From the NCBI GenBank assembly GCA_018713745.1, contig DVOH01000057.1, positions 6,544 through 70,543 of the forward strand: a stretch of DNA of 64,000 bases, in the 5' to 3' direction. Below, in pieces: positions 53,135-62,800 of the stretch; position 1 is the first letter of the stretch; every line of letters starts with the position of its first letter. This DNA comes from Candidatus Stercoripulliclostridium merdipullorum (lineage in GTDB: Bacteria > Bacillota > Clostridia > Christensenellales > DTU072). The position numbers and the translations under genes were made by a program. A model generated the notes under the pieces. It was not told where the DNA came from and made no database searches. It was given only the letters and a program-made list of their open reading frames with translations.

Positions 53135-53953
53135 ATGAAAAACAAGTGGTTTCCGGTTTTGTTGATTGTCGTGACGGCGGCGGTAATGCTGGTCGGGTGT
53201 ATGCCCGAGATCGCAACGCGCAACGTCAAAGGGATCGAGCCCGACGGGCTTCAACATACCGACGGCTATGACGATTATCAGGGGTATGTATTCGGCGGCG
53301 GCAAGGAGCGCTACAATATGCTGTTTCGCATGAAGTCTCCCGCAACGGAGGCGGGCAAGACCTATCCTCTGATCGTCTATCTCCCGCCCGAGGGGACGGA
53401 AGGGACGGACAACGAAAAACAAATGAATTATTACCTGATCCGCGGCGTGCAAAACAACGGGCAGGACGCATTTGTCGTATTGCCGCAACTGGTCAAAGAA
53501 AAATTTGCTTTTGGCGACGCAAAAGGCAAGTCGTCCAAGGCGTCACAACTGGAAGCATTGATCGAAGCGCTTGCGGCGCAATATCCGATCGATCGCAATC
53601 GGATTTATCTGACGGGGGTCGGACAGGGGAGTCTTGCTGTGTGGGAGCAGCTGACGCGGAGCAAGACCTATGCGGCGGCGATGCCGATCGGGTACGGCGG
53701 AGATCCCGCAACGGCAGAGACAGTCGACGACATTCCGATCTGGGCGAGTCACGACATTGACGACAGCGCGGTGCCGGTGACGACGACGGATAAAATGGTC
53801 GAGGCGTTGCGCGCACGCGGCGTACTGGTCAATTATACGCGATACGAACACCTTGCTTCGGGCAAAGAAGCGTATCAGGAATTTTATTTCGACAAAGAGG
53901 TCTGGGCGTGGCTGTTCCGACAATATCGCGGCCGCGAACTGGGGAAGGAGTAA
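53135..53953 (+). CDS. Alpha/beta-hydrolase-fold (carboxylesterase/peptidase-like) lipoprotein
   Basis: MKNKWFPVLLIVVTAAVMLVGC lipobox. YPLIVYLPP... and RIYLTGVGQGSLAVW (nucleophile-elbow position) follow, then HDIDDSAVP. Confidence 0.65.
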   Translation: MKNKWFPVLLIVVTAAVMLVGCMPEIATRNVKGIEPDGLQHTDGYDDYQGYVFGGGKERYNMLFRMKSPATEAGKTYPLIVYLPPEGTEGTDNEKQMNYYLIRGVQNNGQDAFVVLPQLVKEKFAFGDAKGKSSKASQLEALIEALAAQYPIDRNRIYLTGVGQGSLAVWEQLTRSKTYAAAMPIGYGGDPATAETVDDIPIWASHDIDDSAVPVTTTDKMVEALRARGVLVNYTRYEHLASGKEAYQEFYFDKEVWAWLFRQYRGRELGKE

Positions 53954-53955
53954 CG

Positions 53956-54396
53956 ATGGAGTATCGGAAAAACGGCAATCGGATTGTTCTGCGGCTTGCC
54001 CGCGGGGAGGAAGTGATCGCATCGCTTGCCGCATTGCAACGCGAGCTTTCGATCGGTGCCGCATCGGTTGCGGGGATCGGCGCGACCGATGACGCAACGG
54101 TTGGCGTCTATGCCGTCGGCGAGCGGCGATATCACGCCCGGCAACTGACGGGGGATATGGAGATCACCGCTTTGGTCGGCAACCTTTCGATGCAGGACGG
54201 TAAGCCCTATCAGCATCTGCACGTTACGCTTGCCGGGATGGACGGCAATGCCCTCGGCGGGCATCTCAACCGCGCTGTGATCAGCGCGACTGCCGAAATT
54301 TTTATTACGGTTGTCGATTGTCCGATCGGACGGCGTTACGATGACGAAACGGGACTGAATCTCATGACGTTTGCGGAGGAAAACGAGGAAAGCTGA
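53956..54396 (+). CDS. PPC (DUF296) domain protein
   Basis: Start at MEYRK after GGAAGGAG. G.G......V..Y........LTG..EI..L.G......G.P..HLH..L pattern. Confidence 0.75.
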   Translation: MEYRKNGNRIVLRLARGEEVIASLAALQRELSIGAASVAGIGATDDATVGVYAVGERRYHARQLTGDMEITALVGNLSMQDGKPYQHLHVTLAGMDGNALGGHLNRAVISATAEIFITVVDCPIGRRYDDETGLNLMTFAEENEES

Positions 54397-54467
54397 CAGA
54401 AGGCAACGGACGCCGTTCGGAGAGCGGTTTCCGAACCGATATCAATCAAGAAAAAGGAGTGCGGAGT

Positions 54468-55108
54468 ATGAAAAAATCGTAATATGGACGGTGATTGCCG
54501 TTCTGATTTGCAGTATGTGCTTATGGATCGGCGGATGCGCCAAAGACGAAGTCCGATCGGTCAACGTGATCGGGTGGGACGAAAGCACATTCAAATTGGG
54601 AGATTTTTCGGTCAAAAACTATAGTTGCAATGCCTACATCGTTGATTTTTCGGTCACCGACGAAGAAGCGTTTTTGCAAACGATCGGCAAAGATCCCCGT
54701 ATGGTGCAAAAAACCGTGTTCCCCAATATGCTGAACGCGTAGCAGGAAGGGTATTTGTTTTTTGAAAACGACAATTATTATTTTCTCGTCAAAAATCCGG
54801 GGGAAGCAGGGCGGTATCATCCGGAGAGCTGCGCGGCAACCTATGTGACGGAAGCGGGGCAGGCAAGGTTTGTCATGTTTCTTGCGGAGGCGGACAACGA
54901 TCACGCGTTTATCCCCGACGATCGGGACTGGGCATTTTATCGGTCGTATTACGGAAGACTCCGTCCCGAAGCTTGTTCGGTAAACGACGACCGAAAAGAA
55001 ATTATGCTGAAGGCCTACGTCACCGCGGAGGACAACACCGGGGTCATCCCGGACAAAGCCGTCCGAATCGTTTGGTCGGAAGGCAGACTGACGATCGCCG
55101 TGATATGA
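54468..55108 (+). pseudogene. Apparently disrupted lipoprotein gene (A6 frameshift after the ATG, plus in-frame TAG)
   Basis: AAGGAG lies 8 nt upstream of ATG 54468, but that frame stops after MKKS. One extra A in the A6 run (54471-54476) would give MKKIVIWTVIAVLICSMCLWIGGC (lipobox), continuous with track ORF 54371..54742. TAG at 54740-54742 is in frame with track ORF 54755..55108. Confidence 0.4.
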
Positions 55109-55174
55109 CTGTCCGAACGGAAAACGCAGAACAAAAGATAACGGCAGCCGATTATCGATCGCCGATAATACGAC

Positions 55175-55202
55175 AAAACCGACAGCTGCCTGTCGGTTTT
55201 TT
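55175..55202. terminator. Bidirectional intrinsic terminator
   Basis: CCGACAG CTGC CTGTCGG flanked by AAAA and TTTTTT. Confidence 0.7.
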
Positions 55203-55229
55203 GTAAGAGTGCTATAAAAGCCGATCGGC

Positions 55230-55400
55230 TTACCACTCGTGGTAGCCGTGATACTTGACGTCGTCGTAATAGTCAAAGTATTTCGATTTGAACGCGCGCA
55301 AAGCGGCGCGTTCCTTTTCTTTCTTTTGGGCTTCCTTTTTGATTTGTTCGGGAGTCTTTTCTTTTTGCTCGGGTTGAGCGGTGGGTTTTTGTTCAGTCAA
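55230..55400 (-). CDS. Candidate unannotated 56-aa charged protein
   Basis: Own translation: (M)TEQKPTAQPEQKEKTPEQIKKEAQKKEKERAALRAFKSKYFDYYDDVKYHGYHEW. The TTG start lies 7 nt after AAGGAG and overlaps the upstream stop by 8 nt. It ends just before the terminator. Confidence 0.4.
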   Translation of the reverse strand: MTEQKPTAQPEQKEKTPEQIKKEAQKKEKERAALRAFKSKYFDYYDDVKYHGYHEW

Positions 55401-55692
55401 GATCGGACTCCTTGTTTTCGTCTTCGGCGGGGGCGTCGTCTTTGGTCGGAAGATATTTCCACCAGGTGAAGCCGTACAGCCAGGTCAGGCAAAGGGACTC
55501 CAGTGCGGTATAGCCGTTTTCGGCGCCGCGCGCTTTGCCGTAAAGGAAAAACTCCGACGTATGAATCAGAAACATTGCCAGCGGGAACATCCAGCCCCAC
55601 CAGAAAAAGCTGCCGACTCCGATGCCGATTCCCAACAGAATGACCCATTGGACGATGGACAGAATTTGACCGGTTTTTGCTTTCTTTTCCAT
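55393..55692 (-). CDS. Small Trp-rich membrane protein of unknown function
   Basis: 99 aa with two or three hydrophobic helices (ILSIVQWVILLGIGIGVGSFFWWGWMFPLAMFLI). Lies downstream of the acyl-CoA synthetase gene. Confidence 0.55.
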   Translation of the reverse strand: MEKKAKTGQILSIVQWVILLGIGIGVGSFFWWGWMFPLAMFLIHTSEFFLYGKARGAENGYTALESLCLTWLYGFTWWKYLPTKDDAPAEDENKESDLD

Positions 55693-55718
55693 AAGATCCC
55701 TCCTGACTTCCGTGTGGT

Positions 55719-57383
55719 TTATTCGTCTTTGAACTCGAAGTTTTTGGCTTCGACACCTGCCAGCTCGCGCGCGATTTCACGCAGTTTGAACTTTTGAATT
55801 TTGCCGCTTGCCGTCATCGGGAAGGCGTCGATAAACGCGACGTAAGAGGGCACTTTGTGGCGCGCCATATTGTTTTTGACAAAATTTTTGATTTCTTGTT
55901 CGGTGACCGTTGCGCCGGGCTTTTTGATGATGAAAGCAAATGCTTCTTCGCCGTAGCGCTCGCTGGGCACGGCAACGATCTGTACGTCGCGCACGTCGGG
56001 ATGGGTATAGATGAAGTCCTCGATCTCTTTGGGGAAGATGTTTTCGCCTCCGCGGATGATCATATCTTTGATCCGACCCGTGATGCGGTAGTATCCGCGT
56101 TCGTCCCGAACGGCAAGGTCGCCCGTATGCAGCCATCCGTCTTTATCGATGGCGGCGGCGGTCGCTTCGGGCATCTTGTAGTAGCCCTTCATAACGTTGT
56201 AGCCGCGTACGCAGAACTCGCCGGGCATTCCGTCGGGGAGGGGTTCGCCGCTGTCGGGATCGACGATGCGCGTTTCCATGAACGGAAGCTCTTTGCCCAC
56301 CGTTCCGACGCGGTCTTCGATGGTTTCGTCCACCGTGGTCATGGTGCAGGCGGGGGAAGCTTCGGTCTGCCCGTAGGTGATGGTAATCTCGGACATGTGC
56401 ATCTTATCGATAACGTCCTGCATGACTTTGATGGGGCAAGGCGATCCCGCCATGATGCCGGTACGGAGGGAACTGAAATCGTATTTTGCAAAGTCGCGGT
56501 GTTCGAGAATGCCGATATACATCGTCGGAACGCCGTGAACGGCGGTGCACTTCTCGTATTCGATGGCGTGCATGACTTTCATCGGCGTATACCAGAGCAG
56601 GGGAACCATTGCCGCGGCATGCGTCACCGACGCCATAATGGCAAGAACCAAGCCGAAGCAGTGGAAGAACGGAACGGGAATGCAAAGACGGTCACGATGC
56701 GTAAATTTCATACAGTCGCCGATCGCCTGTCCGTTGTTGACGATATTGTTGTGCGTCAGCATGACGCCTTTGGGGAAGCCCGTCGTGCCCGACGTGTATT
56801 GCATATTGATGACGTCGTCGGGAGAAAGGGACTTACGGAGAGCGGTGTATTCGTCGTTGGATACCAGTACGCCGAAATACGGGATCTGCGACCAGTGGTA
56901 CATTCCTTCGTAGTAGTTGTCGAAGGACACGACAAATTGCAGGCGGGGCAAACGTTCGCTTTCCAGCTGACCGGGTTTGCATTTTTTCAGTTCGGGGCAG
57001 ATGCTGTAAATGGTCTTTTCGCAGTCGATATCTTTCAGACCGTCGCAGATGAATACCGCGCGGCTGTCCGAATGCTTCAGGAGATACTCCAATTCGTTTT
57101 CTTTATAATTGGTGTTGACCGTGACCAACACGACGCCGATGCGCGCCGTCGCAAATAGGAGGACAAGCCATTCGGGGTAGTTGGTCGCCCAAACGGCAAC
57201 GTGGTCGCCTTTTTTGAGACCCATACCCAGTAGACCTTTGGCAAACTTATCGACTTCTTTGTTGAACTCGTAATAAGTCCTTGTGTAGTTGACTTCGATG
57301 TACTTGACGGCGGGGCGGGTGGGATATTTTTTGGCAATATTCTCCAGCAAATCGCCGACGGTTATGTTCATCAATTTGTCCAT
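55719..57383 (-). CDS. AMP-dependent acyl-CoA synthetase/ligase
   Basis: AMP-binding motif YTSGTTGFPKGV, and GYYKMPEAT...WLHTGD. Start chosen at MDKLMNITVG (ATG 57383); the track ORF begins at a TTG overlapping the phosphatase stop. Confidence 0.85.
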   Translation of the reverse strand: MDKLMNITVGDLLENIAKKYPTRPAVKYIEVNYTRTYYEFNKEVDKFAKGLLGMGLKKGDHVAVWATNYPEWLVLLFATARIGVVLVTVNTNYKENELEYLLKHSDSRAVFICDGLKDIDCEKTIYSICPELKKCKPGQLESERLPRLQFVVSFDNYYEGMYHWSQIPYFGVLVSNDEYTALRKSLSPDDVINMQYTSGTTGFPKGVMLTHNNIVNNGQAIGDCMKFTHRDRLCIPVPFFHCFGLVLAIMASVTHAAAMVPLLWYTPMKVMHAIEYEKCTAVHGVPTMYIGILEHRDFAKYDFSSLRTGIMAGSPCPIKVMQDVIDKMHMSEITITYGQTEASPACTMTTVDETIEDRVGTVGKELPFMETRIVDPDSGEPLPDGMPGEFCVRGYNVMKGYYKMPEATAAAIDKDGWLHTGDLAVRDERGYYRITGRIKDMIIRGGENIFPKEIEDFIYTHPDVRDVQIVAVPSERYGEEAFAFIIKKPGATVTEQEIKNFVKNNMARHKVPSYVAFIDAFPMTASGKIQKFKLREIARELAGVEAKNFEFKDE

Positions 57384-57439
57384 AACGGGTGTCCTCTCTT
57401 TTAGATTTTTTGTAATAATAATGGAAATCGATTGAGATG

Positions 57440-58546
57440 TCAACCGTTTTTCGTCAATAATTGGCGAATAATATAGTAAATATCGGTGTTGTCGATCGTT
57501 TCGGGAATTTCGGAGGCGCCGGGTCCCTGAATCCAGTAGCGTACGTCGCGTCCCGAGTGGTACGAACGGCGGAAATATTTATCCTGCAGATCGTCCGGAG
57601 TGGGATTTTTGGGCAGACGGAGGTTGCCGGTTTCGTGATCGGCGGTAACGATAACCGTCGTATTGGGATTGGCTTCGGCGTAGGTCAATGCCACCTGAAC
57701 GGCATTGTCAAAAGCAATCAGTTCTTCGATCATGTTGTCGATGTCGTTGTCATGGCTGTAGGAGTCGATTTTGGCGCCTTCCACCATCAGAAAGAAGCCT
57801 TTTTCGTTGGACAGCATGTCGAGCGCGCGGTCGGTCAGAGAGGCAAGCGTAAAGCTGCCGCCCGACGGAATACGGTCGGTATCGAAGGTCGCATAAACCT
57901 GATCTTTTTTGTTTTTGAGCAATTCGTCGTACGAAGTGATGTAGGCGCGGGATTCCGTTTCGATTTGATCGGCGTAGGGCGCGTAATACTCTTTGCCCAG
58001 TCCGAACAGGACGTCGCAGTCCGCTTCAAAGATCTGTTGGCGCGCAATGGCATCGTCGTCGTCGCGGCTCTTGCTGTGAGAGGTGAACGCCGCAGGCGTC
58101 GCATCGGTGACGCTTTTGGTCGTGATGACGCCGAATTTCAGTCCGAGTTCTTTGACGTATTCACCGAGATTTTGCAGGTTCTGACCGTTGTAATACGAAA
58201 TTCTGCCGTTATATGTTTTGGAGCCCGTGGCCATTGCGGTTGCCGCCGCGGCGGAATCGGTAAATCCGACGGGCGTCAAGGAGCGGGTGGTGACAAATCC
58301 GGTTTTTTTGACCGATTCCATACTGAGATCCCGTTGGAGCGATGCCGCCTTGACGTGATCGGGACCCATCCCGTCGCCGATCAAAAGGATTACGTTTTGC
58401 GCCGACGCCGTAACGGTAGGACGGACGCCGTAACGATGATAGAAGACGCCGAACAGTGTGCCGCTGATGACAATCGCCGCCAATAGAATCACGGCAATGG
58501 CGATCCATAAATTGCGTTTTTGTTTGGTCAGACTGACTTTTCTCAT
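57440..58546 (-). CDS. Alkaline phosphatase (PhoA family), membrane-anchored
   Basis: N-terminal TM, GDGMG, the DSAAAATAMATG nucleophile region and TADHETG. Confidence 0.85.
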   Translation of the reverse strand: MRKVSLTKQKRNLWIAIAVILLAAIVISGTLFGVFYHRYGVRPTVTASAQNVILLIGDGMGPDHVKAASLQRDLSMESVKKTGFVTTRSLTPVGFTDSAAAATAMATGSKTYNGRISYYNGQNLQNLGEYVKELGLKFGVITTKSVTDATPAAFTSHSKSRDDDDAIARQQIFEADCDVLFGLGKEYYAPYADQIETESRAYITSYDELLKNKKDQVYATFDTDRIPSGGSFTLASLTDRALDMLSNEKGFFLMVEGAKIDSYSHDNDIDNMIEELIAFDNAVQVALTYAEANPNTTVIVTADHETGNLRLPKNPTPDDLQDKYFRRSYHSGRDVRYWIQGPGASEIPETIDNTDIYYIIRQLLTKNG

Positions 58547-58641
58547 GATTCCTCCGAAAGGATAAACGAATTTGGCGCGGAAATCCGCAAGACGATATAA
58601 TTAAATATATCATATAATCGGGATGCTCGTCAAACGCTCTG

Positions 58642-59646
58642 TCAATAGGTTTCGTAAAAGAGGGGATTGCAGGTCGGAAACAGTGCCCGCAGGCGGTCGG
58701 GGAGTTGCAGGACATATCGCCCGGAACCCAACCCCGCAAGCAAGAGATCGCGTTCCGATACGGTCAGATCGGGCGCGCGATCGGTCGACCGGGCGGCGAT
58801 GCGTTTTCCGTCGCAGTCCAGCAAAACGCGTCGATCGCCGACGGCAAGGATAAAGCTGTCTTTGACGCCGGGCGCAACGGGCGCGACGTCGAGAAAGGCA
58901 ATGGGATCAACCAGCCTTGCCATGGAGTAAGGCGCGCCGTTTGCCGCGGGCAGTAAGATCGATTTTCCGCGCAGTCCGGGCAGGGCCGCAAGGTCTTCCC
59001 ACCGACGGACAACGGTTTCGGCTATCTCTTCCCCGTTGCATAGAACATATCCGCAAGGAATCCCGTTTCGAAAGATAAGGGATCCCGTACCGCCCTCTTG
59101 AAGGGCATCTTCTAAAATCACTTCGAAGTCTTCGGAGCTGCGTTCGATTCGGATTGCGGCATGGATTGTCGCATTGCGATAGGCTTCGGATAGAAGAGGC
59201 GCATCCCCGGGACTTAGGGGTTTTGTCGATAGCGCGGGGTCGGCGGCAAGGTCGGGGAAGGGCAGTTTGCGGAAGCGGTTGACAACCGAAAATCCCCGCT
59301 TCAAATAAAACGGCACGCTGAAGGGGTGCAACAAAGCAAACGGTGCGTTTTCGGCGCGTAGTTTTTCGATGACCTCTTCGATCAGATCTGCCGCGATCCT
59401 GCGGTATCGGTAGTCCGGATGCGTGGCGATTCCCGTAAAGAAGGGGACGGAAAACGTGCGATTCCCCGCGGCGACGCGGAGGGTTCTCGTATAAACCGCA
59501 CCGACTGCGACATCGGCGTCGAATCGGACCGCGCTGCGATCGGGTTCGAAGCGTTTGCCGAAAAAAAGATAGGTATATGCTTCGGAATCGCCGAAGCAAA
59601 GGCGGTGCAAAGCAGCCATCGATTGAATTTGATTTTCGGAGTACAT
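58642..59646 (-). CDS. GNAT acetyltransferase with C-terminal Eis/SCP2-like extension
   Basis: Start chosen at MYSENQIQ (ATG 59646). Has the acetyl-CoA region TGIATHPDYRYRRIAADLIEEV and a C-terminal domain like Eis-type enzymes. Confidence 0.65.
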   Translation of the reverse strand: MYSENQIQSMAALHRLCFGDSEAYTYLFFGKRFEPDRSAVRFDADVAVGAVYTRTLRVAAGNRTFSVPFFTGIATHPDYRYRRIAADLIEEVIEKLRAENAPFALLHPFSVPFYLKRGFSVVNRFRKLPFPDLAADPALSTKPLSPGDAPLLSEAYRNATIHAAIRIERSSEDFEVILEDALQEGGTGSLIFRNGIPCGYVLCNGEEIAETVVRRWEDLAALPGLRGKSILLPAANGAPYSMARLVDPIAFLDVAPVAPGVKDSFILAVGDRRVLLDCDGKRIAARSTDRAPDLTVSERDLLLAGLGSGRYVLQLPDRLRALFPTCNPLFYETY

Positions 59647-59652
59647 ATCGAC

Positions 59653-59681
59653 ATTATACAAGAACCTTCGGCTTTTGTAAA
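59653..59681 (-). promoter_or_regulatory. Near-consensus sigma-A promoter abutting a start codon
   Basis: On the minus strand: TTTACA (59681-59676), 17 nt, TATAAT (59658-59653), then 6 nt (GTCGAT) to ATG 59646. Confidence 0.5.
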
Positions 59682-59869
59682 CATCCCGTGGCAAATCGTT
59701 CTCGGATAAACGCGCGGTAGAAGATAAGTAAAATTTTATCGGGAAATGCCGGCGCAATCGCACCCGCAAAACGCCCTTCTAAAAAATAGTCTTGCAATTT
59801 TTTTATTATTTGCTATAATATAGAAGCCGAGGGTGAATTTTGCCCTTCGGCGGTACCGAGGTGTGGTTT

Positions 59870-62800
59870 ATGGCAAAAAAATTGAGATATGCTTTGCTGA
59901 CGATTCTGATTGCGTTGATTGCCGCGTTCACGTTATTCGGGTGCGCGTCGGTCAATATTGTATCGATCGACCTGACGGACAGTCCCTTCAAGACTACATA
60001 TGTGGTGGGTGAGTCGTTTGACTACGACGGGATGGAGGTTTTGGTCAAAAAGACCGACGGTTCGACCGAAACGTTTGCCGTTGCAGAGCGTATCGATGAA
60101 ATCAAATTGATCAATTTCAGCACGGCGCGTGCGGGAGATCTTACCGTTATCCTGCAGTATCGTCGCAAGGAAGTTTCGTTTGCAGTCAAAGTCATCACCC
60201 CGGAGCAAAACGTCGTCCGCCACACCGTGACGTTTGACGCGCAGGGCGGCAGCGACGTTCCTTCCGCGCTTGCCGAGCATCTCGGCAATGTCGCAAGACC
60301 CGACGATCCCCAAAAAGACGGTTATGCGTTCGACGGCTGGTACCGCGAAAAACAATGCCTGAACGCCTGGAATTTCGAAACCGGAAAGGTTACCTCCGAT
60401 CTGACGCTTTATGCCAAATGGACGATTCTTCGCAAGGTCACGTTTTATGTCGACGGAACGGAGTATGCTGTTCGTTGGGTTAAAGACGGCAGCAACGTAA
60501 CCGACGTCCCCGTCGTCCCTCTCAAAGAGGGGATGGACGGAACATGGGATCACAATCTCGTCGGGATTCGGGCCGATATCTCCGTCAAGGCGCAATACAG
60601 TGTCCGTATGTTCAGCGTGGCGTTCTACGGCACGACGACGGACTCCGACGGAAATCCGCAGGACAGCCTGCTGCTCGAATATACGGAGATTCCGTTCGGC
60701 ACCGTGCTTTCCGAAACCGATCCCTACAAGCAAGCGATTGCCGAAATTACGGCAAATATCAAAAGTCCGGACAACAAACATTTTGTCGGATGGAATTTCG
60801 ATCTTTCCGAGCCTCTCAGAGCCAATACCACGGTTTACGCCCAGTACGCCTGGGATCGCAAAACCGCTACGTTTGACGCAAACGGCGGCACGTTCGGATT
60901 CGAAAGCGTTACGGTTGATTACAACAGCCCGATCTTTGACGTCAACAATCTTCCCGCCGATCCCGTACGGAAAGGTTACGCATTTGAAGGTTGGTTTGAC
61001 GCTTCGGGCGCAAAGTGGGATTTTGCTTCTCAAAAATTGACGCAAGATATCGCACTGACTGCCAAATGGACCAAAGTTTATTCGATTGCGTTTTTCTATG
61101 AAGACGGGACGGAGTTCGGCGTTTATCAAGCCAAAGAGGGCAGCAATTTCAACGCAAACGTTCCCGCTACTCCGTATACCGAACAAAAACCCGAGGAAGG
61201 CTATCTCGGCGCATGGCAACTCAAAGGCGACCCGCTTGCCGATCTTAAGATTGTCCTTTCCGATATCCGAGGAAATCTCGAAATCGTTGCAACTTACCAA
61301 AAGCGCGAGTTCACCGTTCGCTTCTACAATGCGGGCGAAATCGTGCCGGTCAACGGGATGCCCGAACAAAAGGTCAAATATCTCGAAGCGGCGACGCTTC
61401 CCGAAACCGACCCCGAGCGCGAAGGGCACCGATTTGTCGGTTGGGGCGACGTAGACCTCGACTGCATCACCGCCAATACCGATGTATATGCCGAGTTCAA
61501 AGTCAATATCTATGAAGTGACATTCCGTTACGGTGTCGAAGGGATGGAGGACGAGGTTCGCTCGGTCGAGTACGACACCCCGATTCTCGCGATTCCTTCT
61601 CCCACGCGTCCGGGGTATGACTTTGACGGCTGGGTCAACGAGTCGGGCAATTTCTGGCAGCCCGCCGACGTCGTCAAGGCCGATACGGTGCTGGTTGCGC
61701 GATGGACGCAGCGGTTTACGCTGACCTTCTTGGACGAGTCGGGCGAACTTGTCGCGACGCGCGAAGTCCGCTTCGGCGAAAAATTAACCGACATTCCCTT
61801 AGTCCCCGACAAAGTCGGATATGACGGGGATTGGTGGTATCAAAACAACGATTTCGACTTCTCCAAAGAAGAAATCCGCAGAGATTACGAGTTCAACGCT
61901 ACCTATGTCAAACAGCAGTTTACCGTGACGTTCCGTTCGGAAGGCGTTGTCTTTGCCGAGATCAAAAACGTCGAGTGGGGTACGCAAGGGATTGCCGCCC
62001 CCGCAGAAGACCCGATCAAAGAGGGGCATCTGTTTGTCGGCTGGACGCCCGATCCCGCAACGACCGTGATCGAAGGAGATACGACGTTTGACGCCGTGTT
62101 CGAAGCCGAGCAATACACCGTAACGTTTAAGGATTGGGATGGCACCGTCCTGAAAGTCGTCGAAAACGTACGTTACGGCGCCAATGTGACGCCTCCCGAT
62201 TCCCCGATCCGCACGGGTTATGTTTTCACGGGATGGGATACTTCTTTGGAAAATATCCGCACCGACACGACGATTACCGCAGAATATCGGATCGAAACAT
62301 ATACGTTGACGTTCCGTGACGATGCGGATTTCCAAAAAGAATACAGAGGGCGCGAATACGGTTCGGAGTTCGCTTATCCCGAGGCGGACGCCCTGCCTCA
62401 AAAACAAGGCTATACCTTGAGGGGCTGGAAACTCGGTGAAGTAACGATCGGGATTTACGATACGATTACCGTCGAAAGCAATATGGTGATTTACGCTGTG
62501 TTCGAAATCAACCGCTACACCGTTACGTTTGACGGCAACGGCGCCGCATACGAAACGGTAGAGGTCACGGTCGATTACGGCACAACCGTACAGCCGCCCG
62601 CGGACAATCCCGTCATTACCGGAATGGCGTTTCTCGGCTGGTATTACGGGATCGGTGAAGACGCCCGCCGCTTCGACTTTTCTACCCCGATCGTTGAAGA
62701 TGTAGCGCTTTGGGCAAATTGGACGCCGCAGGAAGTCGGTTCGCAAGGGATTGTGTATGCCCTCAATGCCGAAAAGACGGGGTGGACGGTCAGCGGAGTC

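Noticed and set aside
54740-54742. The in-frame TAG as a pyrrolysine or programmed read-through codon
   Set aside because: There are no pyl genes or PYLIS-like context in the window, and TAG is used as a normal stop by several well-supported genes here (for example trxB and the EF-G-like gene). A pseudogene, a sequencing error or two separate ORFs is more likely.
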